From Caecitellus pseudoparvulus (lineage: Eukaryota; Protista; Bigyra: Bicosoecida): a stretch of DNA of 64,000 nucleotides. A program made the position numbers and the translations under genes. How positions within the stretch are numbered: the first letter of the stretch is position 1; each line of letters opens with the position of its first letter. This document shows positions 43,988 through 55,303 of the stretch, piece after piece. The DNA is taken from positions 1 through 64,000 of the forward strand of contig CBFFRQ010000063.1 of assembly GCA_965644315.1 (NCBI GenBank), read 5' to 3'. The notes under the pieces were generated by a model. The model was not told the DNA's origin. It saw nothing but the letters and a program-made list of their open reading frames with translations, and did no database searches.

Positions 43988-44764
43988 TCAAGCTGTGGAA
44001 GGGTCAGGCTGTGCCGACGCAGCAGCAGTCGCCCCACCGGCAGCATCACCGTGTGAAGACACGGGGCTCTGGTCTGGAAGGGCTTCACCGCTCGTGGCCA
44101 GCACAGCCTCTTGCAGCTGCTCGTACGTGGCGTTTGTGAAAAGAGAGGCTGGGTATACTGCTGCTCCCCACTGCGGGTGGTGCAGGACCTTGCAGCACCC
44201 AGCCTGGCCAGTGCTGTACCTGCGCAGCATCTCAAATCCATCCACTTCTGGGTACACCACGGTGCAGTTCGCTGTCGTGGCCTGCATGGAAGAAGAGGGC
44301 CCGTGCAGGTGCGGAAAAGGAGGTCGCTGCGGAAATTGGTACGCACTGGAAGGCCTGAGCAAGGGTCCACCCAGTCGGCAAAACAGCCTGCCTTGCGCAG
44401 ATGCTCGCACACAGGCTTGGCCCAGTCGACAAACTGTGCACATGGTGTTTGTGTGCCCCGTGAGTCCAGCCCCTCCGCAGCGTGGGGGCGCTCGACGTAC
44501 ACTCTCCAGCAGCACATCTTTCTCCGTCGCCACGTCAGGGCCTGTCGCAGCGAGGTCCATGGCCGCATGCTGGGCCGTCAAGACCGCGAGCATGCCATCT
44601 AGCTTGATCCCTTGCAGAATCAACTTCAGCTCGCGTCGAAGGGCTCGTGGTAGCGTGTGCACGGACACTTCGAGCGCAGGCTGGCGCAGCAGTGTTGGCT
44701 GCAGGAGCACCTCGTGCTCTGCGGCCCGGGGACGGCCCCCTGCCGCTGTTGACCCAGCCGCCAT
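43988..44764 (-). CDS. MMADHC: Cobalamin trafficking protein CblD (MMADHC-like), 3 exons
   Basis: EKDVLLES/FVDWAKPVCEHLRKAGCFADWVDPCSGLP, GCCKVLHHPQWGAAVYPASLFTNA. Confidence 0.9.
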   Translation of the reverse strand: MAAGSTAAGGRPRAAEHEVLLQPTLLRQPALEVSVHTLPRALRRELKLILQGIKLDGMLAVLTAQHAAMDLAATGPDVATEKDVLLESVRRAPPRCGGAGLTGHTNTMCTVCRLGQACVRASAQGRLFCRLGGPLLRPSSAYQFPQRPPFPHLHGPSSSMQATTANCTVVYPEVDGFEMLRRYSTGQAGCCKVLHHPQWGAAVYPASLFTNATYEQLQEAVLATSGEALPDQSPVSSHGDAAGGATAAASAQPDPSTA

Positions 44765-44968
44765 GCCGAAAACCCACGCCTGACAGGGGCTCCGACTCCA
44801 ACTACTGCTGGCTTGCGTAGTTCAAAGCAAGTCGGGAGTGAGGCGGTGGGTGGATTGTGCCTGCAGCGAAACGGTGTACGCGCAAGCCTGCCGCTCTTGC
44901 CCAGCTGCACCATGCAGCGCTGAGTCGAAGGAGGCATCCACAAACTCGATTCCTTCTCAAATCACAGA

Positions 44969-46522
44969 TCAAGTTCTTATTGGGGAGGCGCCCGGTGGGC
45001 GGGTAGCCAGGTGCAGCACCTGAAACGCCTTGAACGGAGCAGCCGGCACTTGCGTTGGGTCAACCTGCGCAGCACGGGCGGTCTCTTGGCGCACTGCAGC
45101 TGTGAGGGCCGCTTCTCGAGCTGCGGGCGCGCCGTGCTTGGCTTCCCACTGAGCCTTGAAGGTGAGCCATGTTTCGTCGCCGAAACGCCCTCCACCACGC
45201 CCTCGATGCGGCGCACCCAGGTCATGCAGCACCTCCGCCCCTCGCGGCGCACGGCGTGCAAATGCGCTGTGCTTCTGTGCTAGTTGTGCAAGGCGCTTGT
45301 TAGCGCTCGCCGATCGCACGCTGTCACGCTGTGCAGAGGCCGCTGTGGAGGGCGTGGAGCCGGCGCGGGGCAACGCAGCGGCAGCGCGCAGCGCGCCTGC
45401 TGCCCACACTCCCGCACCTGCCGTGCCTTGTGTCGTGTGGGACAGGCGACGTGGCGCAGGGGGTTCTCCACATGCCTCGCCACCCACGCCGCCCATGGCC
45501 TGCAGCCAGCGCCACGCACCACTGGACGTGAACTCTGGAATGCCATGCCCACTAACCGGCACTTCACTTGCAGAACTCAGCGATGCGGCGTCCTGTCGTC
45601 GGGCCTGCGTGAAAAAGTCCACCACGCCCGAAATGCGCACCACGGGGTCTTGCCCAAAGAGCCCACCGCCCTGCTCAAATCCCACTGACTTGGCCAGGGC
45701 GCCAAGCTCTTCTTCAGAGCAAGGCGCGTTCATGTCAGTCAAGACAGACTTCACCTCACGCAGAGACACACAGCCATCCCTGTCGCCGTCTTGTGACTGC
45801 AAGGATCGATGCAGCACAAGCTTCGCGGCTGCACTGCCCACTGGCAAGCGCCAACGCACTTCCTCCTGCAGCTGCCGACCCTGCCTCTCCAACCCAGGCA
45901 AAGAGGGTGCTGCGGCGTTTCCACCGGGCTTGGAAGGCCCTGACGCAGAAAACCCCGGGTAAGGACCAGGTGGCTGCTTGCTGGTGGGCTCCTCATGATG
46001 CCGCTTGTCCTTTGCGTCTTGGGGCAGAGGGGTCGGCAGTGCTGGTGCCGCTTCAGGAGGAGTGACTTGCGTTGTGCCAAGCACTCGTTCGCCGCGCTCC
46101 GCCTCGCCCTCCGGCGTAGTGGCAGCCCAGAAACCGTGCTGGAGACGTTGATCTTCCCATGCCTGTCGCCTTTTCTCCGCCTCAGCGTGCCTCGCAGCCT
46201 CCTTCGCCCGCCGGGCCTTGGCAAGTGCTGCCTCTGCAGCTGCAGCATCGGCAGCAAGCTGCCAGGCGCCCACGATTCTATCGGTCCGAACGAAGGCGCC
46301 CACCCGAGCTCCGGTGCGGTCAATAAGGGAATTCAAATCGCTCGTTCTCATGTGCACCCCATGCTCCTGCAGCACCCGCTTAAAATGAGCCGTTCGCAGA
46401 ATGCCAGTGCCGTCCGGAGATGCCGTCGCCGCGACGCTCGCAAGCTCCGCAGGGCAGCGCACTCTGCCACCACGGGCCGCAGACAAGATCAAAGGCGCCA
46501 CCGGTGAGAACCCGTTATCCAT
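44969..46522 (-). CDS. EF-hand-containing hypothetical protein
   Basis: DGDRDGCVSLREVKSVL EF-loop and a degenerate PDGTGILRTAHFKRVL. Confidence 0.55.
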   Translation of the reverse strand: MDNGFSPVAPLILSAARGGRVRCPAELASVAATASPDGTGILRTAHFKRVLQEHGVHMRTSDLNSLIDRTGARVGAFVRTDRIVGAWQLAADAAAAEAALAKARRAKEAARHAEAEKRRQAWEDQRLQHGFWAATTPEGEAERGERVLGTTQVTPPEAAPALPTPLPQDAKDKRHHEEPTSKQPPGPYPGFSASGPSKPGGNAAAPSLPGLERQGRQLQEEVRWRLPVGSAAAKLVLHRSLQSQDGDRDGCVSLREVKSVLTDMNAPCSEEELGALAKSVGFEQGGGLFGQDPVVRISGVVDFFTQARRQDAASLSSASEVPVSGHGIPEFTSSGAWRWLQAMGGVGGEACGEPPAPRRLSHTTQGTAGAGVWAAGALRAAAALPRAGSTPSTAASAQRDSVRSASANKRLAQLAQKHSAFARRAPRGAEVLHDLGAPHRGRGGGRFGDETWLTFKAQWEAKHGAPAAREAALTAAVRQETARAAQVDPTQVPAAPFKAFQVLHLATRPPGASPIRT

Positions 46523-46786
46523 GTTATGACAACTACCCTGTAGGCCAGATGGCTCAAAGCAGCGGCTCGCCGTCTTGCACTCTGCTGCACCTGGCGTGCC
46601 TGGCCTGCAAGCAGCACACCCGCCCAGTGTGACGCCCAGGGCAACGCACACTGCAGCGCAGGACAGGGGTCTGAACGCACTCCAAGCTTCCTTGGCCTAT
46701 ATCACTTCAGCCCCTGAGGCGTGGACACTGCGAGCGTGGGCTGGGCTGTGAATTTTGCGATACCAACGCAACAAGCCACTGCGGCG

Positions 46787-48723
46787 TCACACAAGCGCCG
46801 GCGAGTCAAGGACGGCGAAGCCCTTGGCCACCCCCCCCTCGTCAGAGCTGACCGCCTTCGTCCGCACCAGGTGCCCCGCTTCACAGTTCAGCATGACCGT
46901 GCTGCTGTCGCCGAGAAACGCTCCATAGATGCCCACCTCACAGATGGTCTCTGGCAGCAAAATGGCCTGCCCCGCCTTCACAACCACGGCTGGGCTGGCT
47001 TCAGGCTTGATGCGCTGCATGAGGATGAAGGCGCCCCGCTCCTCCGGCGACATGCCACTCAACGCCTTTGCCAGGGCCTGCCCGTACAAGTTGTTGCCAC
47101 CCCCCTCCCGCTGTGGCTTCATGACGTAGTCTTGCGGGTTCTGCAACGCATCCTGCACGACAGTCGCAGTGGCTGCGGCGTCCTTCGCATCCAGCGACCA
47201 CAGCCCCGCAAACGTGCTGCGCAGGGCAGTGGCCTGATCAGGGGACAACTGCCCCTGCCCCTCGCCGGTAAAGTGCTCCAAGCCACCAGCCAGGGCGAGT
47301 TCTTGCTGCACCTTCTTCGCGCCCACCAACTGGTAGAACACATTCGGAGCCTGCGAGGGGTGAGAAGCAGGGCAGTTAGGGCATGGTCACAGCCACAGCT
47401 CCGACGCTCGCTGCAGGCAAGCTCGCCACGCCTCACCTTGATCGCGGCGCTTCGTTCCAACAGACTGCGCGCCTGCCACTCCCCAGCACTAGGGTAGTCA
47501 TCAGGCGTGTAGCCAGCTCGCAGGTACACTGTGGACACCTGCACCAGCGGGACGCCTGCACCCTTAGCCCGTGCATCTCCCGCTGCAGTCTCTGGAGTAG
47601 TCAGGTGCGCCGGCACCCACAGAGACCAATCAGGCATGGCGGCCACATGGGGGGCAGGGGCGGGGGTCCCATCCGCAAACACCGGCCCATCCGGCGTCAC
47701 CAGCACTGCCTCCGACGCCAGCGAGGTCAGGGAGCCCCACACAGTCCGCACACCATGGTTCTCCCACAGCGCATCCTCCAGGCCCAGCTGATCAAACACA
47801 TTCCGCTCCCCGGGCTGTGTGACGAACAGCACTGCCGTTCTGTGAAGGAGGCATGGGGTGCCGTGCACGCAGCGCACGCAGTCAGGCGGCAGACAAGGTG
47901 CACGCACTTGCTGCCTCCATACGCGCTGTGGGCTGCTGCCAGCGCCTGGGCCATTGACTTGGCGGGGGCGTTGGGTGGCAGTGTGACGCCCGCAGCGGCA
48001 GCCAGCCCACCTTCACCCAGGAGGGCTGCTGCCACAGTTGGGTGGTCAAAGCCATACCGCGAGACCATGCGGGCATGCAGGCCGGAGACGCAGCCGCTCA
48101 ACGTGCCGAAGCCGGCGGCGATGGTGTTCAGCTCGATCTGCAGTGCTCGCATCCCCTCACCTGCCTCCTCCCCTGACCCTGCAGTCTCCAACATGTAATC
48201 GCTGCGGTGCAGGCCCAAGGCCAGAGGCTGGTGCCACCCCTCCGCGTGCACCTGCTCTGCAAGGTCCATCAATGCAGCTGTAAAGGGATCAGCCGCCGCT
48301 GCCCTGCGGTGCGGGTACGCGAGGCAGGGTTCTGTGCAGCAGGTGGAAGGCCAGACACTCGGCGCACGCACCCTGCGAGAGTTTGCTTCAGCCACGTAAA
48401 GTCGCGGGCAACTGCATCAACCAGCTGGTTGTATGCGGGCTGGATCTCCTTCAGCATGGAGAAGACTGGCGCTGGAAGCTGCAAAGGGTCAGAGTCGGGC
48501 GTGAACGCCACAAGGCGTGGTGTGCGGAATTCGACGCCCACCTCACCTTCCGCGGCAGCAGTGCAAACGGGGCGTGCATGCCCTCCACTGCCGACGACGC
48601 ACTGCGAAGCATGAAACCTTTGCGTAAAGCCAGGAGGACAGCCGCGTCCGCCAGCTCCTGGGTTGGCTTGTCCACGTCTGAGTGCACCTTGCCAGCGCCT
48701 GCGCTGGCCAACACGTCTGCCAT
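46787..48723 (-). CDS. GSS: Eukaryotic glutathione synthetase (multi-exon)
   Basis: LGLHRSDYM, QIELNTIA, ERNVFDQ, YLRAGYTPDDY, YQLVGAKKVQQEL, MKPQREGGGNNLYG, EGGVAKGFAVLDS. Confidence 0.95.
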
Positions 48724-49112
48724 GCTTGAAACGCGAGCACCTTCCCGCCGGCAGCAAAAAGGGTGGGCAAATGAGGGCGAAGAGCCGTGCTTGGGAGCCG
48801 TGAGCGGCCGAAGCTTATTCTTGGACTGAAAGGGGTCGTGTGAGTGAAAGTGTTGGGAGGTTACGTGGGAGGTGCTCCAAGGGCCAGCAGTGCCGACTTG
48901 GATGGAAGGCACACAAACCTGAATTCCTACAAGAACGTCTCCACCACTGCATTCGGTGGAAAGTGTACGGATGCGGATAAGAACGCGCCCTCGCCTTCCT
49001 CTTCGTTGCATCGCCCTGCCTTTACACTCCGCATTTCTTGAGTTTCAGCGGTAATTGCCTGAGTTGTGGGGCTCGCATCGCTCTCTCCACCTGCATCTTT
49101 GGACGAGGCAGC

Positions 49113-52100
49113 ATGCGCCGGTCGGCGTGCAGCGGCCTCCTGCTGTGCTTCTTGCTGCCCCATGGTTGCATCCTGCCATTCCACACCGCAGCGTGCGCCT
49201 CAGGAGCCGCTGCTGCGCAGGAGGCCCCTCAGCACAGCGTGCTGCAGGCCCCACGTGCTAGAAGCCTGAGCTCAGGGGACACTCTCCTCGACTGCAGCTC
49301 CCAGGGGGGCTACTCCTTCAGCTCCTTCCCCGTGGACCAAGACATCCCCCCAAAGTTTGACATTGACGTCCACGGCGCTCTGTCTCCTGCCAGCGCTGGC
49401 CCCACGTTGCCTGAGGTTTGCCAGTGGAGCTTCTCACCCCGCACTCCGTTTGGCGTCGTGTCCATGCGCCTGCACTCCCACGGTGGGGGTGGCTTTCGCA
49501 ACGCAAGCTTTTCTGCACAAGGCCTGCAAGTCGTGGTTGGGCCGTGGACCGTGCACGACGACGGCTGGGCCGTGTTTGGCGGTGTGACAGTCACGCTGCG
49601 ACTGAACGCGACTGCAGCTGCTCTCAGCAGCCAGCCGGTTGCCCGCATTTGGGTGGAGGAGGCAGCCCCCGGGCAGTTCCCTCTAAACATCCCACCGCCA
49701 GCTTCACACATTACGTGTGGCGACTCGGGGGGCAACGTCAGTGTCGTTGCAGGGGCAGCGCCGCGCACACTGGTGCCGAGGTGGCCAGGCCACCTGGACA
49801 TGTCCCACTGCAGCTGGGCGTTGTGGGCAGTCAACTCTTCAGTCATCACGCTCAACTTCTCACAGGCACTGGTTGACCTCCCTGAACAGGCGACGCTGTC
49901 CATGGCCGCTCCCGGCTTCCGCTTCGCTGTGTCAGGCAGCCTGCGTCGCTCTCTCTTTGGACAGCTGGGCGGGGCCGTCACCTTGCCCTCACCTGTGCTC
50001 ATGGAGCTGGACAGTCGGCTGTGGAGGCTGGCGAACAACACTGCAGGAGTTTCCCTTCCTACGGGCCTCTCTGTCCAGGTGCTTGCACCGGAATTGGTGG
50101 CAGACGGCGCCGCAGGGACTGCAGTGCACCTGTGCCCCTCCGCTGGGTCAGAGATTGTGGCCGTGGGCAATGAGCCCGTGTCCATCCTGCCACAGCTTCC
50201 ACTTCAATACGCACCAGGCCAAGCGTGCAGGTGGGTACTGCAGACTGCCGGTGCAGGGGGCGCGAACCTCCGCCTGGACGTGGGCTGGTTCGACATTGAC
50301 ACTGGCAGTCTGAACATCACGTCGCATGGCTACGTCCGCACCGGCTCAGCCCAACACCCGCCCCACTGGAACAACGTTGACGAATGGGCAGCACCAGGAC
50401 CATGGGTGCGCGACGGGCGCTCTGTGGTACTTCGAAGCCCTGTGACGATCGACTTTGTGGCCCCGGCATCCGGCGGGCCAGGAGTTGGCTTCAACTTCAC
50501 TGTTTCCGCCACCCACGACCAAGCGTGGAATGACCCACAGCTGCAACCTGCTGACTTAGTCACTTGCGAGCAGGCAAATCGCACTCTGTCGGTTTCCATG
50601 GGAAACTCTGCCCGCGTCCAGCTTGCGTGGCCGGATGGCGACTTTCTTTCGCCAGCCGGCGCAAACTGCACGTGGATCGTCTCTGCGCCAACACCATCTG
50701 TAGAACTGCAGTGGCAGTGGCTGTCACTCTCCCCACATGCAACCATTACGCTCCGGGAGGGCGACGGCTCACTGCATGTAGTCCGCGGACAGCGAACGCC
50801 CTGGCTGTTTCCCAAGCCGCCCCGTTCTCGGAGACTGCTGTCACCAGTCCGCATCTCTTACTCCAGCTCTTCCGGTGTGCCGTCAAGTGGAAGTGGGTTT
50901 TCCCTGCTCGCCAAGGCAGCCGCAGAACTTCCCACCGTTGTCGGGCCGCCCCCCGCCGGCTTCGTGTCAGCCTGCGGAGGGGAGGTCGTGTCCCCCCCTT
51001 CGCCAGCCTCGTCAATCTTCATGCCAGCTTGGCCAGAGGGCCTCCACGCGTCGCCATGCTCGTGGACACTGCACGCACAGCAAGGCTTCGACTCGTTGAT
51101 GCTCCAAGTCCCTGCGGCCACAGCTCCCAGTGGCTCAGCTGCCTTCCTTCTCGTCGACGCTCAAGGCCGCAGCGTCGCGCTGGGGGATGGTGTGTCTGTG
51201 TCTCCGCCCCTCGCTGATGGCGAGACTCTCGTCACACTGCGACCGCCAGTGCATATGCACTTCTCGCCTGGCGCTGCCCAAGACGTGGGCGAGCTCGCGC
51301 TGCAGGTGCAGAGCGTCAAGCCGCTTGCGCCAGCCAATACCTCCTGGATACAGCTGTGCCAGCAAGACAATGCTTCCCTGGCTGTGAATGACTCAGCATG
51401 GCACTACATTGTGTCAGGGTCACCCTTCGGCTACGCCAATGATGCCAGGTGCAAGCTTGAACTTGAACTTTCACCCCAGAGCCGAGCACAAGGGCTGCAG
51501 GCCATCGAGCTGCAGCTGGACAGTGTTGCCTTGGAGCCAGCAGCTGACTGGCTGGTGGTCCAAGACGCTGTGGGTACCCTTGGCTCGCAGCAAGTGCGTG
51601 GCTGCTTCACTGGCAACGGGAGTGGTGCTGTGAATGCCAGCATGCTCATTCTGCCGCCAGTGAGGCTTGCGCTGCTGACAGACGCCAGCACAACGGCTGC
51701 TGGAGTGCGCATCCGCTTCCGTGCGGTGCAGGGGCTAGCAGTTTCCGCAGCGCAGGCGCACCCACTGCTACCTGCTGGGTCCACAGAGAGTGTGGAGGCG
51801 TGTCGCCAGGCATGCACCATGGGCTCAGAGGGAGCTTTGTGTGCCGCTGCTGTGAGCCCAACGGCTTCGCCCTCTCCCCCCGCCACAGCAACCCCCTCCA
51901 CTTCCCCTTCGCCCACTAGCTCCAGCACTGCTTCAGCATCCCCTCAGCCATCAGGCTCAGCATCTCCCAGCCCGGGTGAGGTAGACCCAGGCACCACCGG
52001 TTCAGAGCAACAAGGTGGTGAGGTTGATGGAGGTAGCAGCAGCCTGTCCACAGGCGCCATGTCTGGCATTGCGATGGGGTGTGTCTTCTTGTTAGCCGCT

Positions 52101-52250
52101 GTAGCCGCAGGTGTGTGGTGGCGGCGCCAGCAACAGCAAGGAAAGGCCCCTGACCCAGTTCCGAACAAAGGGGGTTCAAATGGAACGGCAGCGGGGCATG
52201 TCAACCCGATGCACAATGCCCGAGGCGCCGACTCCTTCACGCCACCATAA
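49113..52250 (+). CDS. Type I membrane protein with tandem CUB-like domains
   Basis: Signal peptide; repeated CxW motifs (YAPGQACRWVL, YANDARCKLEL..DWLVVQD..TDASTTAAG); S/P/T stalk; TM GIAMGCVFLLAAVAAGVWW; short tail with NPMH. Confidence 0.75.
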   Translation: MRRSACSGLLLCFLLPHGCILPFHTAACASGAAAAQEAPQHSVLQAPRARSLSSGDTLLDCSSQGGYSFSSFPVDQDIPPKFDIDVHGALSPASAGPTLPEVCQWSFSPRTPFGVVSMRLHSHGGGGFRNASFSAQGLQVVVGPWTVHDDGWAVFGGVTVTLRLNATAAALSSQPVARIWVEEAAPGQFPLNIPPPASHITCGDSGGNVSVVAGAAPRTLVPRWPGHLDMSHCSWALWAVNSSVITLNFSQALVDLPEQATLSMAAPGFRFAVSGSLRRSLFGQLGGAVTLPSPVLMELDSRLWRLANNTAGVSLPTGLSVQVLAPELVADGAAGTAVHLCPSAGSEIVAVGNEPVSILPQLPLQYAPGQACRWVLQTAGAGGANLRLDVGWFDIDTGSLNITSHGYVRTGSAQHPPHWNNVDEWAAPGPWVRDGRSVVLRSPVTIDFVAPASGGPGVGFNFTVSATHDQAWNDPQLQPADLVTCEQANRTLSVSMGNSARVQLAWPDGDFLSPAGANCTWIVSAPTPSVELQWQWLSLSPHATITLREGDGSLHVVRGQRTPWLFPKPPRSRRLLSPVRISYSSSSGVPSSGSGFSLLAKAAAELPTVVGPPPAGFVSACGGEVVSPPSPASSIFMPAWPEGLHASPCSWTLHAQQGFDSLMLQVPAATAPSGSAAFLLVDAQGRSVALGDGVSVSPPLADGETLVTLRPPVHMHFSPGAAQDVGELALQVQSVKPLAPANTSWIQLCQQDNASLAVNDSAWHYIVSGSPFGYANDARCKLELELSPQSRAQGLQAIELQLDSVALEPAADWLVVQDAVGTLGSQQVRGCFTGNGSGAVNASMLILPPVRLALLTDASTTAAGVRIRFRAVQGLAVSAAQAHPLLPAGSTESVEACRQACTMGSEGALCAAAVSPTASPSPPATATPSTSPSPTSSSTASASPQPSGSASPSPGEVDPGTTGSEQQGGEVDGGSSSLSTGAMSGIAMGCVFLLAAVAAGVWWRRQQQQGKAPDPVPNKGGSNGTAAGHVNPMHNARGADSFTPP

Positions 52251-52296
52251 CACCGACCCGTGGCACCCCTGAATATATACGCGCCAATTCAAGTAA

Positions 52297-53563
52297 TTAC
52301 TCCCAACCACTCCCGCCATGCACACGGTTGAAGTGGCCCTGCTCTGCTCGGCCACGAGACAGCAAACGCGGGGCCAGGGCAGCTGGAAGGGCGCGCTGGT
52401 TGCTCATGCCTCCGCGCGTGTACTGCCGACGTGTCGTGTGGTACGAGCGCAGGGGCGCGGCCGCATGTGCAGTCGCAGCGTGCAGCTTTCCATGCTTCGG
52501 TGCCCCAGGCTGCCGGGGCCTGGAAGCTGGGAAGGGCACATCCTTGTTAGGTCGCGGTCGCTCCGATCGCTGGGAGGGCCGAAGCGCACGTTGCACACTC
52601 GAGCCAGCTGCACTGACAGGGGAGGTGCTGACACCAGCCGAATAGAACCGAGACCCTCGGCCCAGTGCAGTTCGAGGACTGTGGGGCTGGCTCCGTGCAC
52701 GCATGCTGGACCGCGGGCTGCCTTGCGGCGAGCGTGGCGATCGGGGCTCAACTCCTGTACCTGGCGTGGACACCGCCTCGATGCGCTGCAAGAAGGACAC
52801 CTTGGGAGCCATGTCAGGTGCCCTGCGATCCCCTACCGTGCTGGTTTTCCGGGAAGCTCGCGCAGGGCCTGCACTCGCTGGTCGCTGTCGCCTGCGAGGT
52901 GGCGCCGTCTGCCAGCTTGGATGTGGAGACCTGTGGGGCCTGTCCACAAATCGCCCCAGGCTGTAACAAAGCTGAGGTTGGGGCCTGCTTTGCGAGGGAG
53001 ACTCCGTTGATTGGCGGGTTGACTGAATGGCCGGTTCTTCAAACCTGAGAGGGCGCGGTGGGCTGCAGTGCAGGGGCCACTCCGCTGCTTGCTTCACGTA
53101 GCTCTCACCTCTCCGCTTCCGTTCCAGACTCAGGCTCACGAAAGAGTGGCTTGTACAGCTCGTGCACGACAAGACGCAAGGCCCTGCGGGTACGACGTCG
53201 ATGCTTGACTACTTCTGCCACAGAGGCTGCCACTTCCATGCCAGGGTCGCTGTGCTCAGGGGGTAGGTGTGTGCAGGCACAGCTGTCGCAGCGACTGCAG
53301 CCAACTCCCACGCACATGCCCATCCGCAGCAGAGCCAGCAAGATGCGAACTTGGCTCAGACCTGCAGCATCTTGACGAAACAATTCGGCTGTAGCCTGTG
53401 CACGCGGCATGTCTCGTTTGCGGGTATGCAAGGCACCGCGCCTTCGCGGCCAGGCCAAGCATGGGCGCACCTCGTCGCTGGCCACCTGCAGCAGCTGCAT
53501 GTACGCCGTGGTGGGGGCGGCCTGAACGCCCCTTCTCACGGGGGGTGGTGCTGACACCTGCAT
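52297..53563 (-). CDS. Hypothetical multi-exon protein with basic, low-complexity C-terminus
   Basis: Overlapping minus-strand ORFs 53105-53683 and 52297-53172 with GTGCG/GTGAG donors; no domain recognised. Confidence 0.4.
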
Positions 53564-53679
53564 TGCATTGAAAGTCCTCGTTTGCTGGAAATCCGGGGCA
53601 GTCAGCTTGTTTGGGTGCTTGCAATTTGACCAATAGTGCAACAAGTCACCGTCAGCCCTCAAGACACCGCCTGAGCGTG

Positions 53680-55149
53680 TCACTCGGGAGGGGGCACGTC
53701 TGGAAATGTGTCATCCAGTACCCAACTCTCTGCCTGCAGACGAGCTCGCGCTTCCTCTGGCACTGCCTTCCATGCGGAGTCCACTTGAGAGGCAGATGGC
53801 GGTGGTGGCGGTGTGGGCGGTGGCTCCGCTCTCCTGCTTTGTCTGCTTGAAGGCAGCCCTGCCGCTGCGCCCTGTGACATGCCAATCATGCTGCCCTGGC
53901 CGATTCCAGGCATCCCACCCTGGCCAATGCCAACCTGCCCAATGCCACCCTGTCCAATGCCTCCCTGGCCAATGCCTCCCTGTCCAATGCCTCCCTGTCC
54001 AATGCCTCCCTGGCCAATGCCTCCCTGTCCAATGCCTCCCTGTCCAATGCCACCCTGTCCAATGCCACCCTGTCCAATGCCACCCTGGCCAACGGCAGCA
54101 TGACCAGCGCCACCTTGACCGCCTGAATCAACCACCGCTCCGATGGCAGCCCGCATGGCCTGTCGCTGAGAAGTTGGCAGCTTGGTGCAGGCCGCCCCCA
54201 TGCTCGTTCCAGTGAAGACACACGTTGGGTTTGCTTGCACCTGCCGAATCACCTGCTCCAAGTGCTGCTTCCGCTCCTTCTCCAAGGCCGCTGCCTGAGC
54301 AGGGTACTGCGCCCCTTGCCCCTGCTGGGCCATGCGGCGCCCGAGCAACCGCAGCTCTTCGGGAGAGATGTCCCCCCACACGGCGTTCGTGGAGGGGCCG
54401 CGTTTGTTCACCAGCCCAAAGGCAGTGGCAGTCCACAGCGGACCCGCGGGCTGCCCTTGCAGTGCGCTCTTGCAGACAGGGCTCCTGACCTGGCTCTTGA
54501 ACTTGTTCACTTTGTCGCTATGGCGCCCACCGCCCCCCCCAATGGGCCCACCACCGGCTATGCCAGACTGCACTCCGTAGCCGCTCATCACGCCAGCTCC
54601 CATGGTCTGCAAGCCCACCCCGGTTACGACATAGGACCCCCCGCCTCCCCGACCTTGCTGGTGCTGGTGCTGGTGCTGGTGCTGCTGCCCACCGCCGCGC
54701 TGCCTTCCGCCCCGGGACCGACGGCCTTGACCCTGTCTCCCTCCGCCCTGTTGGTGTTGCTGCCGGCCACCCTGTTGATGTTGCTGCCGGCCGCCTTGCT
54801 GGCCTTGGAAAACGTTCACACCTCCACCACCTCGCCCGCCACCCATGCCTACTATGCCACCTCCCATGCCACCTCCCATTCCCCCCATGCCCCCAATGCC
54901 CCCAATGCCCCCAATGCCACCCATGCCGCCCCCCATGCCTACGATTCCGCCCCCCATGCCCCCCATGCCACCCACAGCAATGCCACCCTGCTGCTGCCGT
55001 CCACCCTGCTGGTGTTGCTGCCGACCCTGCTGCTGCTGTCGACCTTGCCCACCACCTCTTTGCTGGCCTTGACCTCCTCTGCTTTGGCTCTGATTGCTAC
55101 CTCTCCCACCGCGGTTGCGGCTGCGCCTGTTCCCGTTGCGCCTGCCCAT
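53680..55149 (-). CDS. Nup42/NUPL2(CG1)-like protein with Gly/Gln-rich low-complexity regions
   Basis: WTATAFG..WGDISPEELRL core and a C-terminal FPDVPPPE end, both resembling NUPL2/CG1; RGG/Q-rich N-terminus. Confidence 0.65.
   Translation of the reverse strand: MGRRNGNRRSRNRGGRGSNQSQSRGGQGQQRGGGQGRQQQQGRQQHQQGGRQQQGGIAVGGMGGMGGGIVGMGGGMGGIGGIGGIGGMGGMGGGMGGGIVGMGGGRGGGGVNVFQGQQGGRQQHQQGGRQQHQQGGGRQGQGRRSRGGRQRGGGQQHQHQHQHQQGRGGGGSYVVTGVGLQTMGAGVMSGYGVQSGIAGGGPIGGGGGRHSDKVNKFKSQVRSPVCKSALQGQPAGPLWTATAFGLVNKRGPSTNAVWGDISPEELRLLGRRMAQQGQGAQYPAQAAALEKERKQHLEQVIRQVQANPTCVFTGTSMGAACTKLPTSQRQAMRAAIGAVVDSGGQGGAGHAAVGQGGIGQGGIGQGGIGQGGIGQGGIGQGGIGQGGIGQGGIGQGGIGQGGIGQVGIGQGGMPGIGQGSMIGMSQGAAAGLPSSRQSRRAEPPPTPPPPPSASQVDSAWKAVPEEARARLQAESWVLDDTFPDVPPPE
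53924..54088 (-). repeat. 15-bp coding minisatellite, 11 units, encoding (QGGIG)n
   Basis: CCAATGCC(T/A)CCCTG(T/G) tandem units; 165 nt. Confidence 0.95.
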
Positions 55150-55303
55150 CTTGACAGGCAGAGCACATCAAAATCCGCAGAACCGCGTGCGCAACAAGTT
55201 TTCGCTTCACAGCAAAGAATAGCAATCGAAGGGGTGCACGACAAGTGCTCGAAAAAGATTGAATTAGTCTCAGGATTTTGCCGTCGAAAATTGATTCGAT
55301 GCT

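Noticed and set aside
34967-48723. Functional redox/cofactor gene cluster (SelO, MMADHC, GSS)
   Set aside because: The genes are interspersed with unrelated ones and share no visible regulatory motif; likely chance neighbours.
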